A stretch of 64,000 bases of DNA from Octopus sinensis (GCF_006345805.1 NC_043012.1:19716001-19780000); one strand, 5' to 3'. Counted from the first letter of the stretch, positions 1 to 14,259 are shown. Notes: generated from the sequence alone by a model not told the origin. Program-made: numbers and translations.

Positions 1-1540
1 CTTTTATTTACACATCAAGTTTGCACGGGATTTCCAATAACAAACAGATATTGCAATTCTTAGGATGTGAACAATCGCACCCGGTATAAAAGAACTCATA
101 ATATTCTGATAAATTTTACACCTCTGCAAATGTTTCCTTTCGCAGAAAACCGTGAATATAAAGAACAATTTTAAAAGGACTAATTTTGATTTTACAATTT
201 TGTAGTTTGTATTTATTGACAGTTGCAATAAGCTTTGAACATTTACCGAGACTATTGGGAATTTCCAATATCTGTTTATTTACTGAGAAACACAAGGAGA
301 AATAAATTGTATTTGGCTAAGTTTGATATTTAGATATATTACCAAGTGACATATTCGCAGCGATGCTTATTGTCATAAGTGTTTTGAATACGTGGAATAC
401 TTATAGTGTATGCCAGTTGTCATGAGCATTATGAAGACAACAGTCCAATTATCGTTTCCTGGGGCAATTTTACAAGTGAATTTCAACTTGAATGGCATCA
501 AATGTTTCTTTAAACGTTTGTTTTTAGCGATTGATTGTATATTTTGTTAGCGTCAGAAAAATCTCTGATAAAATATCACATGTTTTCTAGGGTTCTCATA
601 TCCAATGTTATATTTCATATTTCAAACTTCTACATTTCAAAAACAAGAACAAAACCAAAATTATATTCTGGGAATTACTGAACAAAAGCAGTAATTCCAC
701 AATCTCATAGAAGCTTCATTGTTCCACATAATTGATAATATTAATTAGGTAAAATTCATTTGTATAAGCATTATAATAAAACAATTTTCTCATGAAAATT
801 AATCTGGTTATGTTTGAAGAATTTTCATATAATTGTAACTGAAAGCATTGAGATTCAAAGATTTATTCTTTCGTTTTTGGCAGCGTTGGGGCCTTGAATA
901 GCGTGATGAACACAAACCTGTTTATTTTTAGTGAGAGCTATGCTTAAAAGATGAACTCATGTAATATTCTTAACAATTGTTTCTTCATTATAGAGCTCAA
1001 TGTCGAACAATAACAATAGAAATTGTGTGCGCGTACACACACACATAACTATTGATATTCTATATTCACAAGTAACAGGGTCGTACGCACGTTGTCGCTA
1101 TAACATTGGTCAAGAATTGTGTACAATGCATTCCATGTGTACAAGCAGGCAACAAATGCACATGCATAATAAAACCTGAATTCCTGTTATTGAGATTTCT
1201 TTGAATTACTGACACTTCATATTTTGCAGATTCTTTTGGAAAGACAATGTTTGCTCTTTTATTAATTGTTAATTACTCTTCCCAAGTGTTAAAGCAGGTT
1301 AGATATAATTCGTATAAAATGGAGATGCTTCTTGCCGCGAATTAGAATATCTTGACTTTTCAATGATCTTCTTAATGAGAATTTAGAAATAATTCTATGG
1401 TTGTGTCAACCTTAATCTTAAAGTAATTGCCATGTGAAAATGTAGTAATGTAATATACCAACAGAACAGGGTTGAGAAAACTGTTCTCTTGTTATATAGT
1501 CGAGAAGAGTTATACATTAAATTGAGTGGATATAGATATG

Positions 1541-1596
1541 CATGTATGTATATATGCATGTATGTATGTATGTATGTACGTATGTATGCATGTATA

Positions 1597-1637
<41 letters not shown>

Positions 1638-1638
1638 G

Positions 1639-1693
<55 letters not shown>

Positions 1694-1710
1694 GTGCATG
1701 TATGTATACA
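1541..1710. repeat. Compound microsatellite (TATG)n-(TATC)n
   Basis: Direct reading; explains the YLSI-repeat ORFs at 1489-1823. Confidence 0.95.
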
Positions 1711-2249
1711 AGCACATTTCAGAACCTTTCCATCTACTCTTTAAATACATATTTGATCAATTCGTTGAGAATGTTACACATGATATTTTGAAGGATATTC
1801 TCGATTTCCTGCCATCGTTATAAAGCGATCAAACCTCCTTACATTTGTTTCCTATTGCTCATGTTTCCAGATAATGATTTTAAGAATAGTATGGAAAGCC
1901 CGTATGATATGAAGCTTGGATTGTCAGACGAGCAAAGCTGCTTGCTTTTTGTTTCCCTTACGAAATGATTTTAATATGCTGGTGAGTGCAGAATACTGTT
2001 CTACAGGCAGTGTGTCTTGAATGCTTCCAAACAAAATCAAAACAACCGCTCTAAACTTTAATACGCTGGTGGCATATATAGACTCCAGCACTTCTTTATT
2101 GGTGCATGTTATTCAGGATATTGTTTTTAATGTGCATGTCGAAATGGAAATATAGAAATCTTTGTCAAAATATTTTCGTCGCTTTGAGACCACGACTTGT
2201 TCACTGAAAAAATTCCATGCTGCATCTGAGAAAGTAACCCTTAGTTCAT

Positions 2250-2287
2250 GATATATATGTATGCATGCATGTATGTATGTATGTATG

Positions 2288-2320
<33 letters not shown>

Positions 2321-2345
2321 ATATGTAGGTATGTATGTATATACG
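2250..2345. repeat. (TATG)n microsatellite
   Basis: Direct reading. Confidence 0.9.
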
Positions 2346-3516
2346 CATGTATGTGCGCATGCATATAAGTATGTATTTATGTGTACATGAGTGTGTGTGT
2401 TTGTTTGCAGCGATTAATCCACATATAGACTTTGAGAATATAAGATTAATTACAATGTACTACATGCGCACAGACACAGACACACACGCAGAAACACACA
2501 CATATGTCTACATGTAAGTGTGTATATAAATTATTATCAAATTTATATTCCTAACTTTTACGAAATAGATTAAACGTTTCACTCGAAAGAATTGTAAGCA
2601 TTCCTATGTTCATCTGAAAACGCATAATTGTCATCTATCATAATTTCACAGAGTATGAAATTCATGTTGATTTCTCAGTTGGGATCTGGCATAGTTGTAT
2701 TTCATATGCTCTTACGTGTTTCAGGAAGTAATCCGCTCGCGCGGTACTAATCTTGGCTGTCACAAGCGATATATTTGTCATATAATAGCATCTTAGTTAT
2801 CTAAAATTCAGGAATTAGTAACCCGGAAGAACCTCAATCGTGTAATGCTCAAATATTATTGTAGAATCCCTTATCTAAAGCAACATTGAAATAAGTAGTG
2901 GGTAGCCAAAACATAAATCTCTCTTTTATAATATCTTGCAGTATGTAGCCATGAGCTCTGCACTTTGCTTCGTCTCTATTTACCGTTGAGTTTGTTGGTT
3001 ATTTTTTATTCATTGAATGGCTACATACTGAAGTGTTGGAGAACAGTTTATACAATCAATGCTACGCTTATGAAACAGCGAATACACATGAAATATTAAA
3101 TTAATAACATGATGATGCAACATTGTCATTGTTAAACGACTATATTCTCTTCATAACTAATCTCTCGTAATTAACTTTTGTTTACGGTATGTATATTCAT
3201 AGCAAATAAAAGTTGTAACTGTGTTACCTAATAAAACTTCTATCAAGACGCCACAGAGAAGGATTGAAATTATATTGGATAAGTAACACACCAATATCTC
3301 CTCTCACATTGTATGTGTCATAGAACGAACTACCAACCACAGGGTCACCACACGATGAGCGACACAAATTAGAGAAAATTAGAGAATTAAACTTTTTGTT
3401 TGCTCCATGATACATGATAAGTAAGCAGTTGACTAGTGACATTTCATTTCAGAATAGAAATGACATTTACAATCTTGGACACATCAAAATGGTCGCAATT
3501 GCAATGCACGCCCTGC

Positions 3517-3518
<2 letters not shown>

Positions 3519-3570
<52 letters not shown>

Positions 3571-3610
3571 GTGTGCGTGTGTGTGTGTGTGTGCGTGTGT
3601 GTGTGTTTTG
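3519..3610. repeat. (TA)n-(TG)n microsatellite
   Basis: Direct reading; abuts the SINE 5' end. Confidence 0.95.
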
Positions 3611-3618
3611 TGCGTGTG

Positions 3619-3912
3619 AAGGCGCGTGGCTTAGTGGTTACGGGCATTCGGATCATGATCGTAAGGTCGTGAGTTCAAATCACGGCGGTGCCTTGTGTCC
3701 TTGAGCAAGTCACTTTATTTCACGTTGATCTAGTCCACTGAGCTGGCAAAAGTGAGTAGTACCTGTATTTCAAAGGGCCAGCTTTGTCACGCACTGTGTC
3801 ACGCTGAATCTCCACCGAGAACAACGTTAAGGGTACACCTGTTGTGGAGTGCTCAGCCACTTGGACGTTAATTTCATGAGCATGCTGTTCCGTTGACCGT
3901 ATCAGTTGGACA
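3619..3912 (+). mobile_element. tRNA-derived SINE (head B + tail 1)
   Basis: A-box-like TGGCTTAGTGG, B-box-like GAGTTCAAATC, then GTCCTTGAGCAAG. Tail TACCTGTATTTCAAAGGGCC...GTTAAGGGTACAC is shared with copies at 14443, 22531 and 30848. Confidence 0.85.
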
Positions 3913-3917
3913 TTTAT

Positions 3918-3932
3918 ATGATAATAATAATA

Positions 3933-3971
<39 letters not shown>

Positions 3972-3986
3972 GTAATAATAATAATA
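3918..3986. repeat. (AAT)n microsatellite
   Basis: Direct reading. Confidence 0.95.
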
Positions 3987-4431
3987 CTGCAATGATGCAG
4001 TACCAAGCAGTGGCTCTCGCGGCTTCTCATCTTAACTAATTGGAATATTCTGCTCAATACCACAGATTTGCTTGTTGGTTGTTTGGTCTTAACCAGTTGA
4101 GCATGTCCCTGACGTTATGTGCTTCTCTGATCACGAGCAGAAGAACTGGGGGAGCATCATAGCCATATGTTGAGATGGATTCTTTGGGGTTTGTTTAATT
4201 TACCTTTGAAAACATTGGTGTTTCGTTCAATATCATTAAAGAAGCCATATTCAAGGACCTTTTGAGCAGGATGGGTTACTCGACCAGAAGAAAATTCCCA
4301 GATACAATATATCCTAGATAAAATAATTCTCTTCTTGTTTTCTAATACACACACACACTTATATACATATACATACATATATATATATATATATATTATA
4401 TTATATATATATATATATATATAATATATAT

Positions 4432-4479
<48 letters not shown>

Positions 4480-4635
4480 CGGGAAGGTTTACGAAAATAA
4501 ACAAAAGACGAATCAGGTGGAGTACAAACAAACAAATGTATGGTGCTCAGGAATAGAAATAGAACAAGTTTCGAGCCTACGCTCTTCGATACACAGAAAA
4601 GAAACAAGGAGAGAAAAATGCGTGTAGGAGCTAAT
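4480..4635 (-). mobile_element. Penelope-type terminal repeat fragment with a partly deleted hammerhead motif
   Basis: Homologous to 15305-15530 (GAAAATAAACAAAAGACG...GTGGAGTACAAAC...GTTTCGAGCCTACGCTCTTC); a small deletion removes part of the core. Confidence 0.6.
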
Positions 4636-4638
4636 ATA

Positions 4639-4734
<96 letters not shown>

Positions 4735-4751
4735 ATATATATATATTATAT

Positions 4752-4782
<31 letters not shown>

Positions 4783-5439
4783 GAATATATATATATATTG
4801 TTGGCACCCTTTCTGTCTCGGGTGACAATGGAGTTGCGCATAAAGTAGTCTAGTCCAGCTAGAGACTGCTTACTGTATGTTGTTGAACGTGGTCGTATAT
4901 TTTGTACTATCATTGGTATATAGTTCTTGTTTTGGCATAGTATTTCAGAATAGGAGTGCCATCGTTCTTACTAGTTTGGTTTCCAGACGTCTCAAGGGAT
5001 ATATCTGTCTGATTATTATTTCATAGAAAGAGATTTACAACGAAAAGATAAACATGAATGCGATATGTTCTCATAAAATATTAAAAAATCGAGAATATGT
5101 TTCGAAATAATAACGAAATCAAAAATATAAATTATAAATACATTTTGTGTGAAGAAGAAATGATGAGCATATTCTTATCACTTTATGCTGCAGATGGACT
5201 TACCAGACCAATGTCAGCCGCTTGGGAGAATGTCCCTTATAAAGCTTCCTGTTACCTTTTACAAACATAGATGTGTACAAAACGTTTACCTTGTAGATAT
5301 AACTTGTGAAGTAATGTGCATTAAATAATGGTGATATAATGAAGCATTTTCTTCACCAGTAATAATGCACTGCAAACATATCGATATCTATAAGTGACTT
5401 GACAGAATCGTTTCCATAACAGGCAGAATGATTACTTCA

Positions 5440-5570
5440 CCCGGCTTTTCGTTCTCAGTTCAAATTACACCGAGGTCAATTTGCTTTTCATCCTTTCAGA
5501 GTTAATAAAATAATTACTAGTTAAATATTGGGGTCAATGTAATTGACTTTCTCCTATCCATGAAGCTGCT
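5440..5570 (+). mobile_element. Degenerate SINE (family C)
   Basis: CAGTTCAAATTACACCGAGGTCAATTTGCTTTTCATCCTTTC resembles family C copies at 20323 and 47130. Confidence 0.6.
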
Positions 5571-5723
5571 GCTGACCTCATTCCAGAAATTGAACTAATA
5601 TTCTTGAGCGAATGTAGTGACACGTTTTGCTTTAAATCTAAGAGGTCGGCCTGCAGATAACTGTAAATGAATGTTCAGTAAAGTTGCAGATGTGGAGAAT
5701 CTCCGTTCTCCCCTACTATTACT

Positions 5724-5792
<69 letters not shown>

Positions 5793-5821
5793 CGTCTATT
5801 TAGACATAAAGATATACATAG

Positions 5822-6140
5822 GGTAAAGACCATGGGATTGCACCTAGAAAGTTACCCTCCTAGACACAAGTCCGGGCAAGGTTGTTTATGGAAGACCAGC
5901 AGTCGCCCATGCATACCAGCCTCCCCTCTCCACGCCACCAGTGTTATCCAAGGGAAAGACAAAGGTCGATACAGCTTGGCACCAGTGACGTCGCAACTCA
6001 TTTCTACAGCTGAGTGAACTGGAGCAACGTGAAATAAAGTGCCTTGCTCAAGAACACAACACGCAGCCTGGTCCGGGATTCGAGCTCACAACCTCACGAT
6101 CGTAAGCTCGACGCTCTAACCACTGAGCCATGCGCCTTCA
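5822..6140 (-). mobile_element. tRNA-derived SINE (head B + tail 3)
   Basis: Reverse strand: GGCGCATGGCTCAGTGGTTAGAGCG...CTCGAATCCC...TTGAGCAAGGCACTTTATTTCACGTTGCTCCAG; degenerate relative at 53108. Confidence 0.85.
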
Positions 6141-6518
6141 CATGATATACATAAATATAGATAGATATATATTTAGATAAATATATAAAGATAAATATAT
6201 AAAGATATACATAAATATATATTTAATCGAAAAGAAAAATGTGAATGCGCGTGGATATCAAGAATACGTAATCCAACTTAAATAAATAAAAAATTAAACG
6301 ACATCGTATTTTTTTATGTAAGTTGATATTATATTAAATATCCATACTCACTTATAGTTTTCGTTTCGATTAAATGTATCTTTATGTGGAATTCGACGTA
6401 CCTAGCTTGCTTGCCGTCGCCTTAGGTATCTGACGGCTGAAGTTCTAATTTTTTGAGCACTACGAAGTGTATCTATTCATATAGAGAACACCAGTCTCTA
6501 AAATATAAACCACATATG

Positions 6519-6549
<31 letters not shown>

Positions 6550-7259
6550 TTGTGTGTGTGTGGGTGTGTGTGTACGTATAGCTGCGAACACACTCAAATA
6601 GATACAGAGGCATTTACATACGTACACATATAAACTGTCAGATATAGACATACATATACGCATATATGTATAATGACACATAGCTTTTGGTTTCATTCCG
6701 TTTTGTGAAGTATGTCTGCAGTGCTTGAATAGTCTTATTAAAGTATTGTTATAAGTATGTTCAAAACGGAACGAATGAGAGTGAATGCCGATTAATAGAC
6801 AGATACGTGCCTAACTTTTATTTGAAAGATGGGTGGTAAATGCTAATAATTTTCTTATGTCCAATAATATTTTTTTTTAAATTCCATGTAGAATGACACT
6901 GTCAAATAAGAGTATCACAACCTAATTACAGTTTAATTGTTCCAGATACTGAAAAATGTATTATTCTTCATATTTCGTAGCATCATAACCTTTTGTGAGA
7001 TTTGACCTTTACTGGTATAATCATGTGCTTTTTAGAATATCATGGTACACTTCCATGTTTTGAGAATTTGTTTCTTTAATATTCACACTTATACGAAACG
7101 AAATATCCCTTCCATTTCATTCTCTTATAATGTTTCAAACAGTAATTTCATTGTACGTTATAGAGAAGAAAGTTTTGTTTATGCTCAACTTGACCCTAAA
7201 TGAACATGTTTCCATTTAAAGGATTTCCAACCATATCCATATCGTACATTTAGTTTGAC

Positions 7260-7700
7260 TGCATTGTTAAGTGTAGGCAAACAGACCACATAAAAATCAC
7301 GTGCCACGGGTTCTACAAGCAGAAACACACCCTCCACTTTGCAGCCCGCCATATACTTACAACCTGCAAGAAAAAAAATGAAGCCGACCAGCACCACAAT
7401 AAAGCAGCCTACATCAAAGGTGACACAGAGGGAAGTGGAGGACCCCAACAAAGACACCCCAAAGTCACCAACCTCGTTCGATGAGACTGATGATGGATGG
7501 ATAATAGTCAAAAGGAGACGTAAAATGAAATATACGCCCCTCGCACTCACAAAAATGACCGCCAAAAACATCCAAAAAACTGCATCCTCAACATGTACAC
7601 ACAAACCACAAACATCCTACAAAGTTACTTAAAAAAAAAAGAAGCCATCAGAATCAAAGACAACCCAAACCCCGCACTCATACCAATACACGTACCGCAA
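7260..7700 (+). pseudogene. Decayed non-LTR retrotransposon ORF1 (gag-like) remnant
   Basis: 7260-7304 encodes C-IVK-C-RQTD-H-IKIT-C, close to a CCHC knuckle. ORF 7339-7632 is S/T/P/K-rich with DGWIIVKRRRK, a basic W-x-x-V-x-R-R segment often seen in ORF1 proteins. Confidence 0.4.
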
Positions 7701-8239
7701 AGCATAAACATCATGCTCACATACCGAGATATACTGTACTTAGTTGTTAAAATGTTTTTTGTGTGATTCTCGAGACGATTACTCCATAATTTCTATTTAA
7801 TATACTCTGAATATAGCAGGAAGGAGATTTTTTTTTTAATATCTTGCTGACATGTAACGAACTTCTATTACTGCGCAAACAAAACCACATATAAGCCATT
7901 CACTCGAGATATCACCGCCAGCATCACCAGGGTAAAATAAACCACCCTGGCTAAACATAAATCCAGAAAGTGACATGTTCCTCATAACTAGCCCCTCTAC
8001 ATCCGAACACCAGCGAACCATACGTTCATTCAACCCGTTTTGTATGATCTGTACCGTGAATGCCTTACTACATGTATAAGTGAGATTATTGAATGTGAAT
8101 ACCAGTAATTATAAAAGAAGATCAAAAGACAATGTGACATTCCTTTTCATCAAAAGTTATATGCTGCTCCAAAACATCTTGTCTATCCTGATTTATCAAT
8201 GAAGAGTGTATGCTGCATTACATGTCTAAGTGATATGAC

Positions 8240-8878
8240 ATGAGCGGAAGTAGCAGTGATTCTAGAAGATCAGTGATGATGCGTGGCTTGTGGGGTCCCC
8301 GTGTCCATCACTCGATTTTCATCATTTCCAACCTGTCATCATCCATACGCTGTTTTGCCCCCCACCCCCACCAATGTTTTAGCTCAATCCATCCATCAAA
8401 TCGACATTATCTTTATAGGTGCAACAGGGTGCCGCCTATCAGATGTCGAAATTATCGCAGGGCAACGTGAGGTTAGTTAGTTAGTTAGTTAGTTAATTTG
8501 GCTCAAAAGCAAATAGCAAAGCCATGTAGGGGGACATGGACTTAAGTACAGGGTGGTGTTCATGTAAAGAGTTCAGGCCAATTGAGGTCCAGGGAGGCTT
8601 TGAACAAAGCGGTCGTCGGCATCTTCACCATCTCGTCTGGCAGCTTGTTCCACGGATCCGCAACCCGGACGGAGAAAGCTCCTCTCCTTCGATTGAGATG
8701 AAATCGTCGCAGGTAGAGCTTTTCGGAATGACCCCGCAGCCGACGCTCTGGAGCAGGAGTGAAGAACAGCTTATGATGTTGTGCACTAGAACACAACGCA
8801 ACGCTCGGTCTGTGTATCGAACCCACGATCTCGAGGTCGTAAGTACAACACACTAAACACTAAGACATGTGCCTTCAC
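8240..8878 (-). mobile_element. tRNA-derived SINE split by a CR1 insertion (pieces 8772-8878 and 8240-8470)
   Basis: Head GAAGGCACATGTCTTAGTG...GGGTTCGATAC...GTTGTGTTC ends at 8772; the sequence resumes with TCACGTTGC at 8470, the motif that follows the head in intact copies. Confidence 0.6.
8471..8771 (-). mobile_element. 5'-truncated CR1-group LINE 3' end with (AACT)n tail
   Basis: ORF 8560-8853 (LYLRRFHLNRRRGAFSVRVADPWNKLP) is nearly identical to 15930-16226; GTTA/TAAC tail at 8471-8494. Confidence 0.9.
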
Positions 8879-8911
8879 ATACATACATACACACACATAC
8901 ACACCACACAC

Positions 8912-8980
<69 letters not shown>

Positions 8981-8982
<2 letters not shown>

Positions 8983-9216
8983 CTTTTACTCTTTTACTTG
9001 TTTCAGCCATTTGACTGTGGTCATGCTGGAGTACCGCCTTTAGTGGAGCAAATTGACCCCAGGACTTAATATTTGTAAGCCTAGTACTTAATCTATCGGT
9101 CTCTTTTGACGAATCGCTAAATTACGGGGACATAAACACACCAGCATCGGTTGTCAAACGGTGTTGGGGGACAAACACAAACACACAAACATATACACTC
9201 ACATATAAATATATAT

Positions 9217-9272
<56 letters not shown>

Positions 9273-9430
9273 GACGGGCTTCTTTCAGTTTCCGTGTGCC
9301 AAATCCACTCACAAGTCTTTGGTCTGCCCGAGGCTATAGTAGAAGGCACATGACCAAGCTGCCACGCAGTGGAACTGAACCGGAAACCATGTGGTTGGTA
9401 AGCAGGCTACTTACCACACAGCCACTCCTG
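8981..9430 (-). mobile_element. tRNA-derived SINE (family A) with central (TA)n
   Basis: Reverse strand: CAGGAGTGGCTGTGTGGTAAG...GGTTCAGTTCCACTGCGTGGC; ends in (GAGTAAAA)n; homologues at 32364 and 39350. Confidence 0.9.
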
Positions 9431-10969
9431 GCGGCATAATTTCTCACGGTGGTGCTGCACTTCTTTCTATGTGGATATGATATTTCTTTATTGTTTTCCT
9501 TCTCCTTGTCTTTAGAATTCCTGATTTATTTTCACCACATTTGTATTTTGTTTATAATGTTTTATATTAATGGTTCCATTTAGTTGATAATTGTTATTTA
9601 TTGTATTTAGTTCGTAAATATCCATTTAAGAGTGACTTGTCTCTCATTTATAGTGGAGTGTATGATACATTTGTAGCATTGTAATTGTATTTTTATTTAC
9701 ATTGTTCCATGTTCCTCTACTAGTTTAATAGAACAGTGTGCTTAATATTGTTTGAGTATTCAGTGATTTTCATTAACCAGAGTTTTGTTTAAGAAGAAAA
9801 GTATTAAGATGACTTTCTGAGCTTGCATATTCCCTCTTGACAATTTGTATCTATATGGTGGTTTGCTGTGTCTGTGTTAGTACATTTCATGTCTTCCTTA
9901 ATTATAATCGGACGTTGTGTCGTATTTTCTCTCCGAAGCATTATATCGAGAAATGATCACCGTATTGCTTAGAGTTGTACGGTTTTCTAATTTGAAATTT
10001 AGCACGGAATTGTCTAGGCTTTCATTTACTTTCTTCACGTAAACTGGTCTTTGCGCTACAACGAATCTATAGAAATATATATTGAGTAAACTTTACGTTT
10101 ATGTCATTGAAGCAATTTGTATTCTACTGTGTCAAAAACGAATTCGGCGAATGTAAAACTTACGACTGAAACAAACTTTTGATTTAAAAACTGCTTTTTT
10201 GTGAAGTAAAAAGTTTTATTAATGCTAGATACAGTAGGTCACAATATTTTTCCAGGAATATGATTTTGTGGATATATAAAAAATTAGAATGGATTTCGGA
10301 ATGTTACGTCTTAAAAAATAAGTACAAAATTCATAAAGTTTGATAAGGAATTCTATAACTGTATGTATTTTAAGACAAGGTATACCACATACACGGACAT
10401 TTTTGCTAATGCTTGTATTAGCGTGTGTACTCGTGACATGCAGCTTGCCCGAGGGTGTTTATACATCCATATCTGCTAACGATTATTTTCAATACTTTTC
10501 TCGCTGTATTAAGTGTTCGTTTCTCTTTTTGTGTTCTGCAATTTTATATTTGCATTTTCTATATATATGAAGAATTGTCCGCCGTCTGCCTGTTTTCCTC
10601 TCTGCAAATATGAATGTTGCTTTGTGGAACAGTTATTTTAACCAATTCGTTTTATTTATTTATCACCCGACCAGATACGTCTGAACCAAATTCAATAGAC
10701 AGCGGATGGTTGCCAACAAACCCGCACAGGCATCACATGAATATATTTTGTGTATAACAGAGGTTCGTTACATGTCAGCGATATATAAAAAAGAACCTCC
10801 TTCCGGCTATGTTCAGAGTATATTAAATAGAAATTATGAAGTAATCGTCTCAAGAATCACACAAAAAAGATATTAACAACTAAGTAAAGTATATCTCGGT
10901 ATGTGACATAAAGAGAGATTTACTGCGCATATGCTTACACGCACTTAATCAATGCACATAGATTTCATA

Positions 10970-11025
10970 TACATATGTATATGTATGTATATATATATTA
11001 TATATATATATAATATATATATATA

Positions 11026-11060
<35 letters not shown>

Positions 11061-11063
11061 GTA

Positions 11064-11094
<31 letters not shown>

Positions 11095-11096
11095 GA

Positions 11097-11140
<44 letters not shown>
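10970..11140. repeat. (TA)n/(TACA)n microsatellite
   Basis: Direct reading. Confidence 0.9.
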
Positions 11141-11142
<2 letters not shown>

Positions 11143-12071
11143 GTTTGAGTGTGTGCTCGTATATCTGTGTGTCTGTGTATGTGTGTTTCTATATGTGTAT
11201 GATTGGATACGAGATCAAGATATGCATAGAGAAGCAAAAAAAAAGAAGCGAAAACTAGAATAGAAAGTATAAACTAAATGTTTCATGAAACACACTAGCA
11301 TGGTTTTTTTCTAAGCAACTTCTTTTTAAATACCCCATTGATTCCTAAAGAATATATAGTTTGCACGTACACAACAGTGGAAATACTCTTTGATATTTTA
11401 GATCATACGTACTGTCAAAGAATGATTGTGTAACATTTCACTAGCTCTATAATGTTTAAAATAAAAATAATCTATTTCCCATCTCATATGCACTTGTAGT
11501 TTACGAAATGAGGACTGGTGTGATAATGATAAGAAGTGCTGTACTACAGCACATATAATGAAACTTTTATGAAATCACTCGATAAATATACTACGAAATT
11601 AAACATAAAAGAAGCAACTGATACTAAATGCGTAGAACAGCATTGGATGTTTCCTGACTGAGAGTGATTAATTATTTTACATGCATATAGTAAACTACAC
11701 ACCTTTCATCTATTTGATAGATATAATATGCTGCCTCTGGCATTAAAACATTTTGCTTTTGCAAGACTGTATTGTGTATCTTGAACTATTCCGTTTCTAT
11801 ATGCCAGTGTATTTGCCATGTTTTGATATGTATCCTATGGTTACAATTTTAGAATTTTCTCAAGGGCCATTAAGATTAGTCTTTCTGCTGACGTTCTTTA
11901 CCTTAACTCTATACCGCAGACCTCTACCTTTCATTTGTATCAGAACTGTGATTATGCTGGCAATACAATTATGAATCAAGAGAGTGTATCAGAACTGTTG
12001 CAGAAGTTGATATTATGGAATGTTTGAGCGTAACACAATGGATATATACCTGCCAAGACCATATATATATA

Positions 12072-13343
12072 TTGGGTTCGAAACTAAGTTCCCATCGTTT
12101 TTATTTTAAATTTAAATTAAATCTGAAAAGATTTAATAAAAAATAACAACTAATTTATTAATAATGTATTCACCCTTGTTGTTTACAACTTCTTCCCAAC
12201 GTCCAACAAGAGTTTCAATGCCTCGTTGGTAGAAATCACACGATTTCGACTCGAAAACTTGATCCAACCAAGCTCCCAATTTTGCGTCAGTATTGAACGA
12301 AACTCCTCGCATAGCATTTGAAAGAGATTGAAAGAGGTAAAAATCCGTTGGTTCCAAATCAGGAGAGTACGTTGAGTGTGTCAGCACTCCCAGATATGCG
12401 TTTCAATGGCATCCTTGGCCATATTGGCGTTATGAGGGCGGGCGTTGTCGTTTAGCAGAACTCCATGCTGCCGATTAGGTCTTTTCTCTTGAATAGCCGT
12501 GTTGAGTCCTTTCGTCTGTTGAATATAGTGTTCCGCGTTGACCGTTTGGTTTCTTTCAAGCAATTCGCAATGGATAATCTCTTCCTAGTCCCACCATACC
12601 GACAGCGTTGTTTTACTCGGATGAAGATCTTGTTTCACATGTGGTGTCGCTTGTTTACCGGGGCTAAGGCATTCCTTACGCTGCTTCATATTGATGTACA
12701 TGCGCTATTTCCGTCGCCAGTAATGGATCGGTAACGAATACGTTGCTTGTGTTTATGAGTGGAGCGAACCAGCGGAGATTGTGGCTCTTTGATTTTTGTT
12801 GTCACTTAAAGCATGCGGTACCCATGCTCCATACTTCTGAACCTTTCCCATTGAGTGAAGATATTTCTCTATGGTAGTGTGGGAGCATTCCATTTTCCCT
12901 GCCAATTCCCTTGTCGTTTGACGGGAATTTTCGTGTAAAATTGGTTTCATCTCTTCATCGAACTCAACTGGACGGCCCGAACCAGATGCGACTTTGAGGT
13001 CAAAATTTCCATTTTTGAACTTAGCATACCAATCAGGAGCGGTTCTTTCAGCTATGCGACCCTTTCCAAACACAGCACAAATGTTGCGAGCAGCGTTAGG
13101 GGCCTTAGAACCTTGACAATAAGGAAAAAGAAGGAAGTGTCGAAAATACTCGTTTTTCTTAACTTCATATTCCATTTTAATGATCTGAAAATAAACAAAA
13201 ATTAGCTAAAATTAAGTTGAAAAAAAAAAAGATTCCAAAATGATTCAGAAATATAATTCTCGAAAAAAAAATAGATTCCAAAATTTAAAGACGCAATAAA
13301 TTCCAAAATTTAAATAAACGGTGGACCTTAGTTGCCGACCCAA
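12072..13343 (-). mobile_element. Full-length defective mariner transposon
   Basis: Imperfect TIRs TTGGGTTCGAAACTAAGTTCCC (12072) and GGACCTTAGTTGCCGACCCAA (ends 13343); TA on the left flank; ~1.27 kb. Confidence 0.92.
12133..13175 (-). pseudogene. Mariner transposase pseudogene (split over several frames)
   Basis: N-terminal HTH region (RNICAVFG...SGRP), AWVPHAL (WVPHEL motif), LLNDNARPH and YSPDLEPTDFYLF (YSPDLAP motif, D,D34D type). Confidence 0.9.
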
Positions 13344-14084
13344 GATATTTAAGATTTTGAACACATTTTAGCATAATTTCATGGAATGATGTTTCTATTC
13401 TGAATATGTACTTAATGTATTTTTTATGTTTGATTTAGCGCATATAGTGAAGCAACATATTTTCTATCTTGATAACGGAATGGTGATCTTTGTGAAAATT
13501 AGTTAACTCGTCGATCTTACTTGCCGTAGAACATAAGTTTGTTTACGGTCAGACAATGTGAAATTTATTTCTGTGGTAAAATAAAGTGTTCAGATTCACA
13601 CCGTATTATGTTAGCGAGTATGTTTAGCGTTCCGTTTTTAAATACGGGAACATTAATTACGATCTAAGCATATTTTATTCACTATGTTGTTGCGTGCTGA
13701 TTATTCCTGTTATAGTTACAAGTACGGCCATGTAACGTACTAAATGTAGTTCTCTCCAACACGCTTCAGTTAGTGAAGATGACCTATGCAGCTAACCATG
13801 GAAAGTTACAGTGAGAGCAATATTTGTTTCACATAAATTAAATGTTGTGAAGGTTACAGATAATGCAAACGTACCAAAGTAAAAATTCTAGCATTTTAGA
13901 CCAAAATATATGTAAACGACTAAGAATCAAACGATACATAGGGTATGAATGAAGACATGTGACTCTGGCTCCAGTATAGGTGGGTCAACAAAACTAGGTT
14001 TTCTTTCGTTTGGCCTCAATGCGCTATTGATCCTCCAACAGGATTCTGTCTCATTCAATGATGTTTGCAATTTGTATCGCTGTA

Positions 14085-14259
14085 TACATATATATGTATG
14101 ATATATATACATATATATATATACCTATATATATTATACATATATATATATATACATATAATATATATATAATACATATATATTATATAAATACAGATAT
14201 ATAATATACCTATACATATATATATATATATATAATACATATAATATATATACATATAC

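Noticed and set aside
3990-4310. GC-richer block next to (AAT)n, probably a dispersed repeat
   Set aside because: Single copy in the window and no diagnostic motif, so it cannot be classified from the sequence alone.
5204-5370. Minus-strand exon pair suggested by CTG/GTAAGT at 5204
   Set aside because: The implied intron is only ~41 nt and the peptide is unrecognisable.
9470-10050. Strand-skewed T-rich stretch, possibly a decayed retroelement
   Set aside because: No diagnostic motif.
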